From the NCBI GenBank assembly GCA_011109175.1, contig RDEW01000009.1, forward strand, positions 1,291,652-1,355,651: a stretch of DNA of 64,000 bases, written 5' to 3'. Below, piece after piece: positions 39,471 to 52,129 of this stretch. Made by a program: the position numbers and the translations under genes. Under the pieces are notes generated by a model. The model did not search any database. It was given only the letters and a program-made list of their open reading frames with translations, and was not told where the DNA came from. The stretch comes from Dicyema japonicum (Eukaryota > Animalia > Dicyemida). How positions within the stretch are numbered: position 1 is the first letter of the stretch; each line of letters begins with the position of its first letter.

Positions 39471-39774
39471 TATCCGATCAATATTTGAAAATTGGCGACT
39501 GATATTTTATTGACGCAGATAAAGGCTGGAAATGGCAGTAATCAGAGGGAAGGCTCACATTATCTGTGCCTCTTAGTTAAATCACTTTAGTTTATAATTT
39601 CTTTTCGTTATTCACGTCAAATTTCCAGTAATTAGGTCCGTGTATTCTAGACTTTTTATTTTAATTGAAAAAACAACAAATGGCTTTGTTTTTATGTGTT
39701 CTCAATTATAAAATAATTAACAAAGCATGTGTTGTAATATTCGTGTATATTAGAGGCTATGGAAACCATGATTA

Positions 39775-40267
39775 ATGTTGGATTCACGAATATTCGCAGT
39801 TATATTAGTCGCGACAATCGCATCAAAAGGTGGTGATAGTTTGCAACTTAGACTGCTTTGATGGGAGTTGTTATACTTTAGTAAGAGAAGCCCGAAATTT
39901 ATGCTGATGCCAAAAAAATATTGCGAAAATATGGGAGGAAATTTGGCCAATGTCGACAACGAGGAAAACCTCAAAGTTTATTTATAGTTGATAGAATACA
40001 AATAAATTTCTTAGATAAATTTTTCACTCCATATAGAACGGTATTTTACATTGCAGTCAACGATATTGAAAAAGAAGGGACATTCGTGGATTCTTATGGA
40101 AATGTGCAAGTAGGAATATGATATAATAAGAAATATTTGAAATGGAGAAGAGGTGAACCAAACAATGCTGGGAACGAAGACTGTGTATACGTTAGTTGGG
40201 GTGGATCTTGGTATGATCAAAATGTTTTAAGAAGCATTCTTTTCTTTGTGAAACTGATGGTTATTGA
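39775..40267 (+). CDS. Secreted single-domain C-type lectin (EPN type) with four homopolymer indels (assembly error or young pseudogene); introns 39830-39851, 39987-40014, 40110-40130
   Basis: The corrected frame reads MLDSRIFAVILVATIASK|DCFDGSCY...YCENMGGNLA...IAVNDIEKEGTF...WRRGEPNNAGNEDCV...WYD...FLCE*. Confidence 0.7.
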
Positions 40268-41599
40268 TTGTATAATCGATAGATGAGTCAATTACCGGTT
40301 GCTTTAATTAATTACTGATCTTTCCTTAAATTTCTGGTTTTTGTTGAGTTTTAAGCTTGTAAAGATCATATAATCAATATTTTAGCTTAGCAATGATTTT
40401 TGACTATTACATAGAGTAAACCCATATAAGCTACAATTCAAACACGTGTTTGTGGATGATCATGTTAACAATGAATTGTAGAAAGAGTTTCAACCTCTTG
40501 TCATTGTTACCCAGATATAGTTATTTATGAAACCCCAAGAACACCATCAAAAAAGGTTAAATCAACTAATTATGTGCTCAAGGATCATATCTAACAAAAT
40601 CTATCAGAGCATTTCATCAGTGACCAAACCACCAACAATAATTTTTTGATTTAATTTAAACGTGTTTTTAGTGTTATTTCGTTTATATCTGAAATTACAA
40701 GCCCCTCTATTAAGCCAAAAAATTATTTAATGCTGACATCAATTGTGGCTGATTTAATTAAGCATCTTATTATGTGAGTACATTTTGGTTTATGTTGTAG
40801 TATTCGTGGTGAAATAAAGATGTTCCTTATAAAGTAAATAGTCTCTTCATGCGATCTAAACTTTTTGAAAATATTCCTCTTCCGCGTGAAAGCGCATAGC
40901 TTAAGGTTAAGTTCTATATTATGAATTGTGATAATGCTTATGTCATTCAGCGAAAATCTGAGTGAAACTGTCTGTTCTTTAACTACATCTATTATATTCG
41001 ATTCATCCCCTCATCGTTATTTTTGAAATGAAATTATTCTTTCTTAGACAAGGTTCAGCAGTACGATTCAGTTGAAAAACTAGTATATTATTTTTTAATC
41101 AATATAAATTTGAATTAATTAACACCAATTTATATCCCTGAAAAAAAACGATCAAGTTTATTCCTGAAAAAACATCACTTCAACGGTTGACCTAATTTTA
41201 TTAGGTTGCTATCTTTTAATACTGTCCTTACTCTTATTATCTTTAACCAGCAGGATCTGTGAGTTATGAATTAATCCTTAGTGATCCGGATGACTGAACT
41301 AATCTGAAATCGGATTAAGATATGTTTTTGAAAAAGAAAGAGTTTCTTGAGAGCAATTTGGATGCAAGAAGGCCTGTCTCAACAGGGCTAGAAGTCATTC
41401 ATCAAATGCTTGGTTGAATTTTATGTGATGAAATTGGCAACGTTCTGACGATGAGGCAGTGAGAAAAGTAGCTTCACTTTGTCTTGACCATAAAGTTTGT
41501 GCTAAAATGAAAATATCATTGTGGACGTTAGATGATGGTTATCATCCTTTAAGCTGATGTACGGATGTCCCCATAAATGCGGTTTCAAATTGACTTAAT

Positions 41600-41760
41600 A
41601 ATGCACTTTCCTCTGCTGGCCACCACTAGTTTATTCCTTAGTAATGGAAAACGCATCGATGGGATGACGATTTTCCCACTCGCTAATTGTCGAAACATTG
41701 TTTGGGACGCTATGCATGTTAAAGTATATTTTCCGAAAAATTTGGCTCCATCAGCCTAGG
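41600..41760 (+). mobile_element. CRE-like RLE fragment
   Basis: GKRIDGMTIFPLANCRNIVWDA is homologous to the motif at 790-870. Confidence 0.65.
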
Positions 41761-42089
41761 ATCAAGTCCATTCATATATGGAGCCGAGGATCATTAGGGT
41801 CACCAATGATCTCGAGAGACTGGATGGGTTCGAGATCGTATCTTGCAATGTGAATAGCTTGGTGATTTAAGTCATGTGATATAATAATTACTTTAAAATA
41901 TTTTGGACGATATACAGACACTTTAAAATATTTTGGACCATACATCAGGAAGAATCCTTCTCGTTAACTAGATGCTTTCGGTGATGTTTCTGATTTTCTT
42001 TTCTACCTATATGCACTGGTAAAAAAACTGTGGAATTGGGCCTATTCTCGGGACAGCGTTTTCTCTTAGTTTCCGGAAAGATTGTTGTC

Positions 42090-42310
42090 GATTTGTGATT
42101 GGAAATATTTAAGCAGAGTTGTCTCCTTCACAGATGATAACGAGATAATAAGGAGTCTTCTACTATGCAATAAGTATGGCATTCGCCACACCAGAAAGTT
42201 GCGGACTCAAAAGGTGCAATCTGTAGTTGAGAACAGCGAGGTCCAAATCAAGGTAGACAGAGGTATCCAATCTCGGTGCTAGCCAACGACTGCAAGCAAT
42301 ACATTGTGGT
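42090..42310 (+). mobile_element. R4/Dong-like RLE fragment
   Basis: CNKYGIRHTRKLRTQKVQSVVENSEVQIKVD is homologous to the 21376-21684 ORF and to 53440-53570 (-). Confidence 0.6.
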
Positions 42311-42499
42311 ACACGACTACATCTTGAAATTGACCTTGAAGATTCTCAACCAAAAAAGGCTGAAACAGTGCCCGGAAAATGTATGGGCCTTCTTGCTTAT
42401 AATGGCGTTCAGGAAAATGTTTGGGCCTTCTATCCTCAATAAGACCGAAGAGAACAGCCGATTAATTTAATCTCACATTGAGATGTCAGTGAGGGCTTA

Positions 42500-43400
42500 A
42501 AAAGGATGAACAAGTTATCATTGAAGGCTTTAACACAAATCCTCGTCACCTCAAAACAGTCATTTGCTCGATCGATTTGCAAAAGGCCTTCGACTCTGTC
42601 TCAAGGAAAATCATAACCGGAAATTGTTTGTTCTCCCCGTCAACCCCAATATAATACTTTGGCTTTTCACTTCGTCAATGGAAGAAGGGCCCGTTTATAC
42701 ATTGATGAAACCAAATCAGTTTCAAGAATACTACCCAATTGTGTCCCACAAAGTTCCTCTTTATCACCCGCCTTATTTAACTTATACATGTCCGATTTAC
42801 CACGACCCATGATAAAGACGATTTTCTCCTATCATATGCTGATACCAATTAGTCGGATCCCACGATCAAGATATCTCCAAGGCATCAGAAAGTCTGGGGA
42901 TCACCTTCAACACACACATGTCGTTTGCATCTCACGTCGACGAAATCTCTGGAAATGCTCAAAAAAGCAAAGGATAATCAAAACTATTTTCGGTGGCTTT
43001 GAAATTGTTGTACAAACAATTCATTGAGCCATCTGTCAGCTATACGTGTACGTCATGGGGAATCAATCTTCCTGGACGAACAATCAAAAATCCGGGACAT
43101 TCAGGCCTTAACAGCCACTACTACTAGCAATCTCGGAAAACTAGAAAAACCAATAACCTTATCACTTGAAGACCTTATCCTACAAAATGGAAAGGGATTT
43201 GCTACTCTGTGCAGGCAGTGCAACTCTAAACAATACACAACCACGACGTGTATTATGAGAAGGGTATACATCATCTTTCTCCAATTCCTATCCCGAAACC
43301 ACCCAGCCCACAGAGAAGTTGTGTTGGATCCCAGAAGGCGCACGAGGAGAAAATGAGAAATCTGATTGAGGCCTTCGAGTTCACTTAATTTCTCGATTGG
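42500..43400 (+). mobile_element. Degenerate Jockey/CR1/I-like RT fragment
   Basis: DLQKAFDSV and VPQSSSLSPALFNLYMSDLP; internally deleted. Confidence 0.7.
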
Positions 43401-44518
43401 GTTGAACACTCAACTATATGTTGCTAGTCACATGATAACATGCCCCACAAATTCTGGTTCTTCAAATACGACTTTACTTTTTGAGTGTGATAGGGCATTA
43501 TCAATTACAACCACTAATTATCCGTCCTTAGTAAGCATTCGCTTAACTGAGTCATTCTGACTCAATTCCAAGCACTCTCCATTTTAGAAATATCTCTGCC
43601 AACATTGTTATGCAAGATTCCAATCTGCCGATACATCCAGTGATGTGGATACTTGCACATTTGGACCCCGCAGCTATCAGTTACACGACGAATCCTCCAT
43701 TCTGATTGAGCAGTATGGAAATTGTGATTACTCTAATACATTAACAGACTAGGTGTATTGCTTGATTGTCGAAAGGGTAGCTGCAGTGAAATTCTTTTCT
43801 CCTCATTATCATCATAAGTTTTTCGAAATTTGTTCTTTTAAATTCCTTAACTAATTTACAAGTCTCTTTCTAAATCATAAAATTTTCAAATTCGATAAAA
43901 AGTAAAAATCATAAATTAATTAATATGCAAAACAAATTGTATGTATAGCTAAACAGATTGGGACAACAAATCTATGAAATAAGATTTCAGCGAAGTTCAG
44001 AATATTAAAGTGAAATATGTTTTTTATTGTTTAATCCTTATCTCCTCCAACAAATCATTGAGCCATCTGTCATCCATGCCAATCCCATTTCACCCACATT
44101 GCTGTGGAGACACATTGCTGTGAGAACTAGAAGAGCATCAGTTCACTATTAAAGTGACTGAGGAAAGTCCTTTCCTAAAAGTCTTCCTGCATGAATATAA
44201 CCTCTCTTAATTTGCAGGTTTGAGAATCGTAAGCAGTTGCCGTATTATAATTATTATTATTATTATTACCCCCAGGATCACTGGGTCAAAGAGAAAGAAA
44301 TAAAAGTTCTCATCTAACTAAGTGATCCCAGACCGACAAAGGTGAGGACGAGTCCGGCGGGGTCGAGAATCCTGAACAGCTCTTCTCATAGGACATGGCA
44401 TCGGCTCACAATTTCTGTATGATTGTAGATAATTCGATAGTATTTGGAATAGAGGGCAGCTCGGTAGAACAGCCTCCTTTAATAGTTTTCGTTGTATTTC
44501 AATTAAAAAATTTTCAAT

Positions 44519-45493
44519 NNNNNNNNNNNNNNNNNNNNNNNNNNNNNNNNNNNNNNNNNNNNNNNNNNNNNNNNNNNNNNNNNNNNNNNNNNNNNNNNNN
44601 NNNNNNNNNNNNNNNNNNNNNNNNNNNNNNNNNNNNNNNNNNNNNNNNNNNNNNNNNNNNNNNNNNNNNNNNNNNNNNNNNNNNNNNNNNNNNNNNNNNN
44701 NNNNNNNNNNNNNNNNNNNNNNNNNNNNNNNNNNNNNNNNNNNNNNNNNNNNNNNNNNNNNNNNNNNNNNNNNNNNNNNNNNNNNNNNNNNNNNNNNNNN
44801 NNNNNNNNNNNNNNNNNNNNNNNNNNNNNNNNNNNNNNNNNNNNNNNNNNNNNNNNNNNNNNNNNNNNNNNNNNNNNNNNNNNNNNNNNNNNNNNNNNNN
44901 NNNNNNNNNNNNNNNNNNNNNNNNNNNNNNNNNNNNNNNNNNNNNNNNNNNNNNNNNNNNNNNNNNNNNNNNNNNNNNNNNNNNNNNNNNNNNNNNNNNN
45001 NNNNNNNNNNNNNNNNNNNNNNNNNNNNNNNNNNNNNNNNNNNNNNNNNNNNNNNNNNNNNNNNNNNNNNNNNNNNNNNNNNNNNNNNNNNNNNNNNNNN
45101 NNNNNNNNNNNNNNNNNNNNNNNNNNNNNNNNNNNNNNNNNNNNNNNNNNNNNNNNNNNNNNNNNNNNNNNNNNNNNNNNNNNNNNNNNNNNNNNNNNNN
45201 NNNNNNNNNNNNNNNNNNNNNNNNNNNNNNNNNNNNNNNNNNNNNNNNNNNNNNNNNNNNNNNNNNNNNNNNNNNNNNNNNNNNNNNNNNNNNNNNNNNN
45301 NNNNNNNNNNNNNNNNNNNNNNNNNNNNNNNNNNNNNNNNNNNNNNNNNNNNNNNNNNNNNNNNNNNNNNNNNNNNNNNNNNNNNNNNNNNNNNNNNNNN
45401 NNNNNNNNNNNNNNNNNNNNNNNNNNNNNNNNNNNNNNNNNNNNNNNNNNNNNNNNNNNNNNNNNNNNNNNNNNNNNNNNNNNNNNNNNNNNN
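44519..45493. other. Scaffold gap (975 N)
   Basis: Run of n in the sequence. Confidence 1.
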
Positions 45494-46488
45494 AATGACA
45501 AAATGCAACTTCAATTGTGAAGAAACGGAGATACAATAATCCATCCCACAGATACTTTAAAAATATTCAAAGCAGTCATTATGATTTTTTACTTTTTAGG
45601 AACAATGTAAGTAAACCCATTCAAGTTTGTAACACCTGAATACATTTTATTGCATAAAATTGCTTAATGATCAATGAATAGTGTTGGAGATTTATTGAAC
45701 AACTCTGTGATATATAATTCAAATAATGACAAACTTTATTAAACGTAAAAATCAAAGAAAATGCCAAGAGTTGTGCAATGCGGCCTCCTAAATTGAATAT
45801 TTTTGTTTGTTTCTTTTGTTCCTTCTCTTCCCTTTTGTCTCTAGGGAGCTTAAATCGTTGTCGTGCGTCATGTGGTTCACCAATGATCCTAAATTATATC
45901 CAAAAAGACCATTAGTCAACAACCATCCAGAGTAGTCCACCCTAGACTGCACTTCCTTTAAGTCAGAGCATGCGAAGACTTCTAAGAGAGACCGGGATAA
46001 CCTGAATTTTTTCATTCTAGTTATTACGGTGTTTTTTGGTACAATTTATTTAATTTGCTCAAAAATATTAAAATTACTCAAAATCGATCCCCGCCGACAT
46101 AATTGACGTTGAGTCGCTTTTCGCGATCATGAAAGAGATCAATTGAAGAACCTTCCAGTCTCACGTGCGTCGTGGCTTTTTAGTGTATCAAGGCGTCCAA
46201 TTTTTTTTAGGAACGAAGCGATTTCCGCTTCAACAATATACCGCGCTCCGATAATGTTGAAGGAGCGAAGGGGTTCGACGCACGTAGGAACCCATACAAA
46301 GGTTTCAATTATTTGATCAATCGAATTTTTTTTATCTCAAAGGAAGGAATATAAGAATTAATGTGGTATTAAAAACATTCAACAGAAAACCATTAACTTG
46401 CTTGTCAGTGTGGCAGAAATAGGATAATTCGGAAAAATAAAATCCAAATAACTTGGTTATTAACAGAATTTGACAATATCGATTTTCC

Positions 46489-46768
46489 CTAATTGTTTGT
46501 TACTTTTTGTTAACAAAAGCGACACGTTTTTACATTGAAAATACATGATAATATGGTTAGTTAAGTAACCATGGCCTCACAAACTTGTAGGAGGCCTGCA
46601 GCTATTAAATAAGACGCAGCAAATGCTGCTAATTGTTTGTTACTTTTTGTTAACAAAAGCGACACGTTTTTACATTGAAAATACATGATAATATGGTTAG
46701 TTAAGTAACCATGGCCTCACAAACTTGTAGGAGGCCTGCAGCTATTAAATAAGACGCAGCAAATGCTG
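46489..46768. repeat. Essentially identical tandem duplication of ~140 bp
   Basis: ctaattgtttgttact...gacgcagcaaatgctg occurs twice back to back. Confidence 0.9.
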
Positions 46769-47329
46769 GTCGCTACCATAGATTGGTCACTCCTTTCATT
46801 GTTGACTAACGTTGTTATAATTCATGACATTCAAATATGTGATTTTTTGTCAACTCTGAGAGGTAATAAAAATGTTTGGGTTAACTTAACTCGAATATCA
46901 AACATAATTAAGATAAAAATACATAACTCACACACTGGAGATTTCTGTGAACACTGTTTTATATTTGAGCGAATTTTGTTTACACTCCTGTGAAGGAATG
47001 GCTAGTTAATCAAGGGGATGTTTTATGACAGATTGATTGTTTCTTAATCTAATAAATAAACTGTCAAACATGACAAATTTACTCTCTAAAGACTCTCAAC
47101 CAACAGAGAGTATGACAACCACTGAGGAATCTAGAGAGCCATTTAATTCCAAGTTAGTTTTTATTACAAGATGTCCATTAGGGTCAGCAGGCTTTAATCA
47201 AGCAATGGGAGTTACCCCTTTAATCCTGTGATTAATGCACTCTTTGGATTGTGACGTTTATACTAAAATATACAATAGATTGTTAACATTTGAAAGTATT
47301 AGTAATCAAACAAGAATTCATTGTCAAGC

Positions 47330-48260
47330 ACAAACTAATTTCTTGACGTTCTTCCCGCATGCTTCAACATAAACGTCGGCTAGGTAGCAGTAAGGGTCAT
47401 CAGGTAATTCCATATCATAGCAACTTTCTTCATTATCAACTAATATTTGAAAAAATAAATATTAACTTTTTGGTGAAAACATAACTAGTAAAAGGAATAG
47501 CAGTTGCATTTGTTATCCGACGCGATGAACGGTTAAATACTCGAGAAGGCCGTATTTAGTGTAATTAAACATGCAATTTCAAAAACCACTAAATTAAATT
47601 CTCAGAGAAGGAATATTTGAAGTACCATAAGCTTTGCTTTAAGGTCTCATACTTGGGTCTTTATCATCATTCCTCAGTAGCATACCTTCCTTAGACATAG
47701 CATCGCCATAAAGGTTTTCTGCATCTAGCTTCATTATCTTTAACTTTGTAGACTTTGGAGACACACCGCTTGTAATGAAGAGTTCGAATGGAATTTCCGA
47801 GATCATGACAGGTTCCTGAGTTACACTAGGTTCCAGGATAATATATTCAGAGATATTAAAACTGTATTATCTTATTGAAATCTTCTCCACAAGCATTTGA
47901 TCAAGCAAGTCATGCAGCCAAATCTATCTGAAGCTGTTTCAGTAGGGCCACATGTCACTCGCTGTCGAAAGTCTCGAAAATGTAAAGACGAATGACACTG
48001 AAATGGCACTTATAAGCACGCGCCTGACTATCTCAGAATTGAGGTAAAATAAGTTTCACCACAAACTATTCCTGGGATAAATATGTCCATGGAGTATATC
48101 TTGGATAACGTCACTCTCTCATTATGTGAATTGGGGAAATTTGACAGTCTTCCTTAGAGATATCTTGGTCTAGGATCGAACTTCTAAAAATTATGTTCAG
48201 GGGGTCCACGCCATGTACCTTGTTATGGCTGAAAATAGGTACTTCTCTCGTGAAACAATT
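47330..48260 (-). mobile_element. Decayed Polinton/Maverick-type (protein-primed) DNA polymerase B fragment
   Basis: In the expected order on the minus strand: VPIFSHN (exonuclease-II-like), LSW, FELFITSGV, KLDAENLYGDAMSK (polymerase motif A) and ELPDDPYCYLADVYVE...VKKLV. Stops and deletions are present. Confidence 0.6.
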
Positions 48261-48739
48261 CTCCATCCGCCTTTCCAAATTGGTAAATCTAGTACCTTGG
48301 CATATAATTTTTTGGATGACTTCCAGAAGATTGAATTACTTTTATCAAGTTTTTGATTTCATCCAACACATCAGTCAACAAACTCCGAGTAGGCGATGGG
48401 CAGCAAATTTGTGTTAGAAACCACTTGTTACCATAAAGATATCAACGAAGATCGATGCAGATACCCATGATTGGGTCATTTTTATAAGATCAGTAATCAT
48501 GTTACATTTCCTCAGTTTTTGTAAGTTAAAGCGGTAAAAATTTCCATTTTACATAACATTCGCATGATTATTTAGTAATGTATTTGTTGGATACAAGTTT
48601 GGGCATTTTGTAAATCCAGCAGGACCAATAGGTGTTCTTGAGCCGATACCAATACAATTTTTCGAATTGGAAGAACAGACAACTGTCCAGAGCAATCCAT
48701 TTCTATTAAGTAAAAACAGAACATCATTTAGCATAGATT

Positions 48740-49400
48740 CTGCATGGTCCATAAAGGAAGACTCTATATTTTTATGGTTTAAAATTATACCACATTTATT
48801 CATGATTTCAATTAATTAAATAATATAAATATATTAATTTTTTAAAGAATTGTTGTGTTTTGTGATGTTCCGTGTGATTCCTTTATTCAGTCTTGATATC
48901 CTTCAAGTTACGTCCACTCATTGTTTTTCGAATTTATTCAGATTATTTCTCGTTTGGATTAGAGCTCGCGTTTCATCATCAATTGGATGTGATGAACGTT
49001 AGGACGACCTATCGGAATGAATTTTTTGCGAGCTCGGAGTATAATCTTTGACAGCAGCGTCTATAGATCCGAAGTCCTNAAGACTCTATATTTTTATGGT
49101 TTAAAATTATACCACATTTATTCATGATTTATATTAATTAAATAATATAAATATATTAATTTTTTAAGAATTGTTGTGTTTTGTGATGTTCCGTGTGATT
49201 CCTTTATTCAGTCTTGATTTCCTTTCAGTTACCTCCGCTCATTGTTTTTCTAATTTCTTCAAATTATTTCTCGTTTGGATTAGAGCTCGTGTTTCAGCAT
49301 CAATTGGATGTGATGGACGTTAGGACGACCTATCGAAATGAATCTTTTGCGAGCTCGGAGTATAATCTTTGACAGCGGCATCGATAGAGCTGAAGTCCTC
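48740..49400. repeat. Tandem duplication of ~340 bp joined at a single N (49079)
   Basis: aagactctatatttttatgg...gaagtcct occurs twice with moderate divergence. Confidence 0.85.
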
Positions 49401-49439
49401 TATCCGGAGGCCTGAAGGTGTAGCTCGATAAAATATGTG

Positions 49440-49960
49440 AGAGTGGTTCATAATGCCTTTGAGAAGTTAACATTGGTTCTTGGAGTGTTCATTAACTTAT
49501 GTTTTTGTGGGATCCTCATGAAGATCGGGTTATGGTCAGTATGTAAGTCGTATATAACATCCCCTGAAATGACAGCCGCAAGAGAAGGAGCGGCAAAAAA
49601 AATGTCGAGTGGTTGGTCAGCACACCAATGAGTACGCATTTAGGTCACCGCTAATTAGCCTGTTTTCAAACCTAGGGAATCGCTTGAGCTTGGGGTTGTA
49701 GCCGCTGAGGCATGACAGTGGAGGGGGTATGTACATATTGACAACTATCAATCGGAGAGGGTAGGAAGATTCTCAGAGTTAGTTGTTCCAGTGTGTGACG
49801 GAAAGAGTCCGAGATGTCGTCTGAAATATTTCTAGCCATTATATGCTTCCTGATTGGTGCAATATTGCCTCCTCCCTTTCCATGACCTCTGTCTCTCCTG
49901 AAAACGGAGTATCCCTGAATGTTGGGGGTTGATCGCCGTGAATTATATCCACTCAATGTT
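49440..49960 (-). mobile_element. LINE APE domain fragment
   Basis: IQGYSVFRRDRGHGKGGG...LEQLTLRI and DLHTDHNPI. Confidence 0.7.
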
Positions 49961-50089
49961 TTACAAGAAAACGTTGTATTTCGACGATTTTTGTTCGAAT
50001 GCCATTGACGTTAATTTGTAATGTGACTAGGTCTTGTCTTGGATTTTCCTCGGCATCTCCACAGGAAAGGAACAGGATCCGACACTATC

Positions 50090-50325
50090 TTCGCGTCCAC
50101 GGTTGCGGGATAGGGAGTTTGTGACTTTTTTCCAACACTTCAAGTGAACGATGCGACCACGTAGACGAGTCACACGGCATGAAAATTTTCAATTCTGGAA
50201 ACCGACACTATCTTCGCGTCCACGGTTGCGGGATAGGGAGTTTGTGACTTTTTTCCAACACTTCAAGTGAACGATGCCACCACGTAGACGAGTCACACGG
50301 CATGAAAATTTTCAATTCTGGAAAC
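50090..50325. repeat. Near-identical tandem duplication of ~120 bp
   Basis: ccgacactatcttcgcgtcc...caattctggaaa occurs twice. Confidence 0.9.
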
Positions 50326-52129
50326 GACATGTATCACCCCGACTGGGGGAACTTGATAAAACCACTCTCAGGTATATATAACTACCATTCAATCATGTAA
50401 AAGTCACGTGTGATTATAAGATTTGTTTTTAAGGTTTCTAATGTAGTTTAATAATGATTGTGGGTTGCGTCAAATGTTAGTTTGTTGTTTTTTTAGCTGG
50501 TTTTTTTTACGCTCGAAGTAGGATCCACTTGAATTGAGTAAGCTACGAGAGGAGAGAAATTAGCGTCGTTGAAGTAGTTGAATCTTCTGTATGGAAAATT
50601 TGAAAATAATAGTGAAATTAGCGAAATTCAAATGTTTAGGATCCGAGAAATATTAAGTGATATTCTCTATCACCTAAATTCTCTATTCAGCATCAAAAAT
50701 AACCAATTCGCAAAGATTTACTGAATTTATTATGTTTTACATAAATAACCAACTGAGAACACCGAGTATTTTACATAATTTATCTCTTCAACCGTCTAAG
50801 CCTCGAGTTGAACAAGAGGATTCAACACCCCTGCATCAAGGACACAGCTCCTTGAGTTCTTTTAGCAAAGTTCTCCTACATGGGTATTTCTATTTGCTGT
50901 CAATTGTCTCAAGTAGTATATAAAATAGTAACAATGCTACTCCACGTCATCACTTAATAAAAAACGTGGACCGATCGATTACTCCCATCATTGGTTCGGA
51001 GATAATGAAACCCGCCCATTGCAACGATATTAAATAGGGTGAACATGGTTCTTTTTTTATTCTCATTGAGACTGAGTGCAGCCAAAATAGAAGAACTACA
51101 GAACNTGCAACGATATTAAATAGGGTGAACATGGTTCTTTTTCATTCTCATTGAGACTGAGTGCAGCCAAAATAAAAGAACTACACAACACTATGATGTT
51201 GTAGCCACTTGTAGTGAATAATATTGTAAAGGATTTGGTTGGGGAAATCTCAAGTCACAGTTGAGCAAACATTGGGTCACAGAATTTTGTGTGACCCCAG
51301 TGACTGCTTGGAGGTCTCTCTCCCTGGCAGATATGAGCAAATATAACCAAAATTAATAACTTTTAAAATGAAATTAACAAAAAGAATAAAAGATTAATCC
51401 AATTTCTTAAAACCAAGTGACTTGGCATTATCACGGAAGCATTGACGACACACGAAAAGAGCATACTTCCTGATCAGCCCATGTCGATTCCCGCACATTC
51501 GACTAATATAAATTAGATTAAATACCAAGCACGCGATCCTTGTCCGTAATTACGAGGATGTGAATAGAAAACGTTAGCGTGACCCATCAAGAAACAATAA
51601 GCACGTTACGAATTTAAATAAACAAAATTTATTTATATTAAAAATTATTAAATAAAAATTTATTAATAGAATAATTACTAGAATGGAATAAACTTTAATA
51701 ATTTTTAAGATTCCCTTTGCTTTGCAGAATCAGAAAAGTACGACTCTCAGCAATCGAATGAGGTTTAACAGTAAATAGCAAAGAAAAGTCAGCATTGGCG
51801 TTAATTTTAAGACGTTTCAACCTTTTTCTGTGTTCTTTCTGAAAACCTATGCTCTTTCTGTATGTATGAAACACTTTTCGGAATTTAGAGATTTCAATTA
51901 GTCTCCCGTTCACCTCACAAGTTCCTCGAACGAAGTTGGCATTAGTGGCAAGAAGGACCTTTGTAGGGCCTCCATGACTGTTTCTTGAAAGAAATTAATT
52001 ATCTTTAGGTTTGTATGGTATAGGTTTGTGCCCCATGACGCATAAGGGGGTCGTATGTGATCCCTAGATTTTGATAGTTAGTGGAGGGGATTGACATTTA
52101 ATTAAGGGTCAAAAAAGAGCCGAATTTGT

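Noticed and set aside
44318-45544. Long ORFs of 332-408 aa in the track
   Set aside because: They are translations of the N gap.
45500-46015. Possible spliced gene beside the gap (ORF 45788-46015; FTYIVPK...IIVSPF)
   Set aside because: No recognisable family and no consistent exon chain; truncated by the gap.
46489-51190. Cluster of tandem duplications (140, 340, 120 and ~85 bp) as a biological amplification system
   Set aside because: Most are near-identical, lie close to the scaffold gap, and at least one is joined by a single N (49079; the ORF track also shows an X near 51103). This is typical of unmerged contig overlaps or haplotypes.
51455-51520. U1 snRNA-like start (atacttcctg)
   Set aside because: It lacks the ACTTACCTG donor-pairing sequence, and no convincing stem-loops or Sm site were found.
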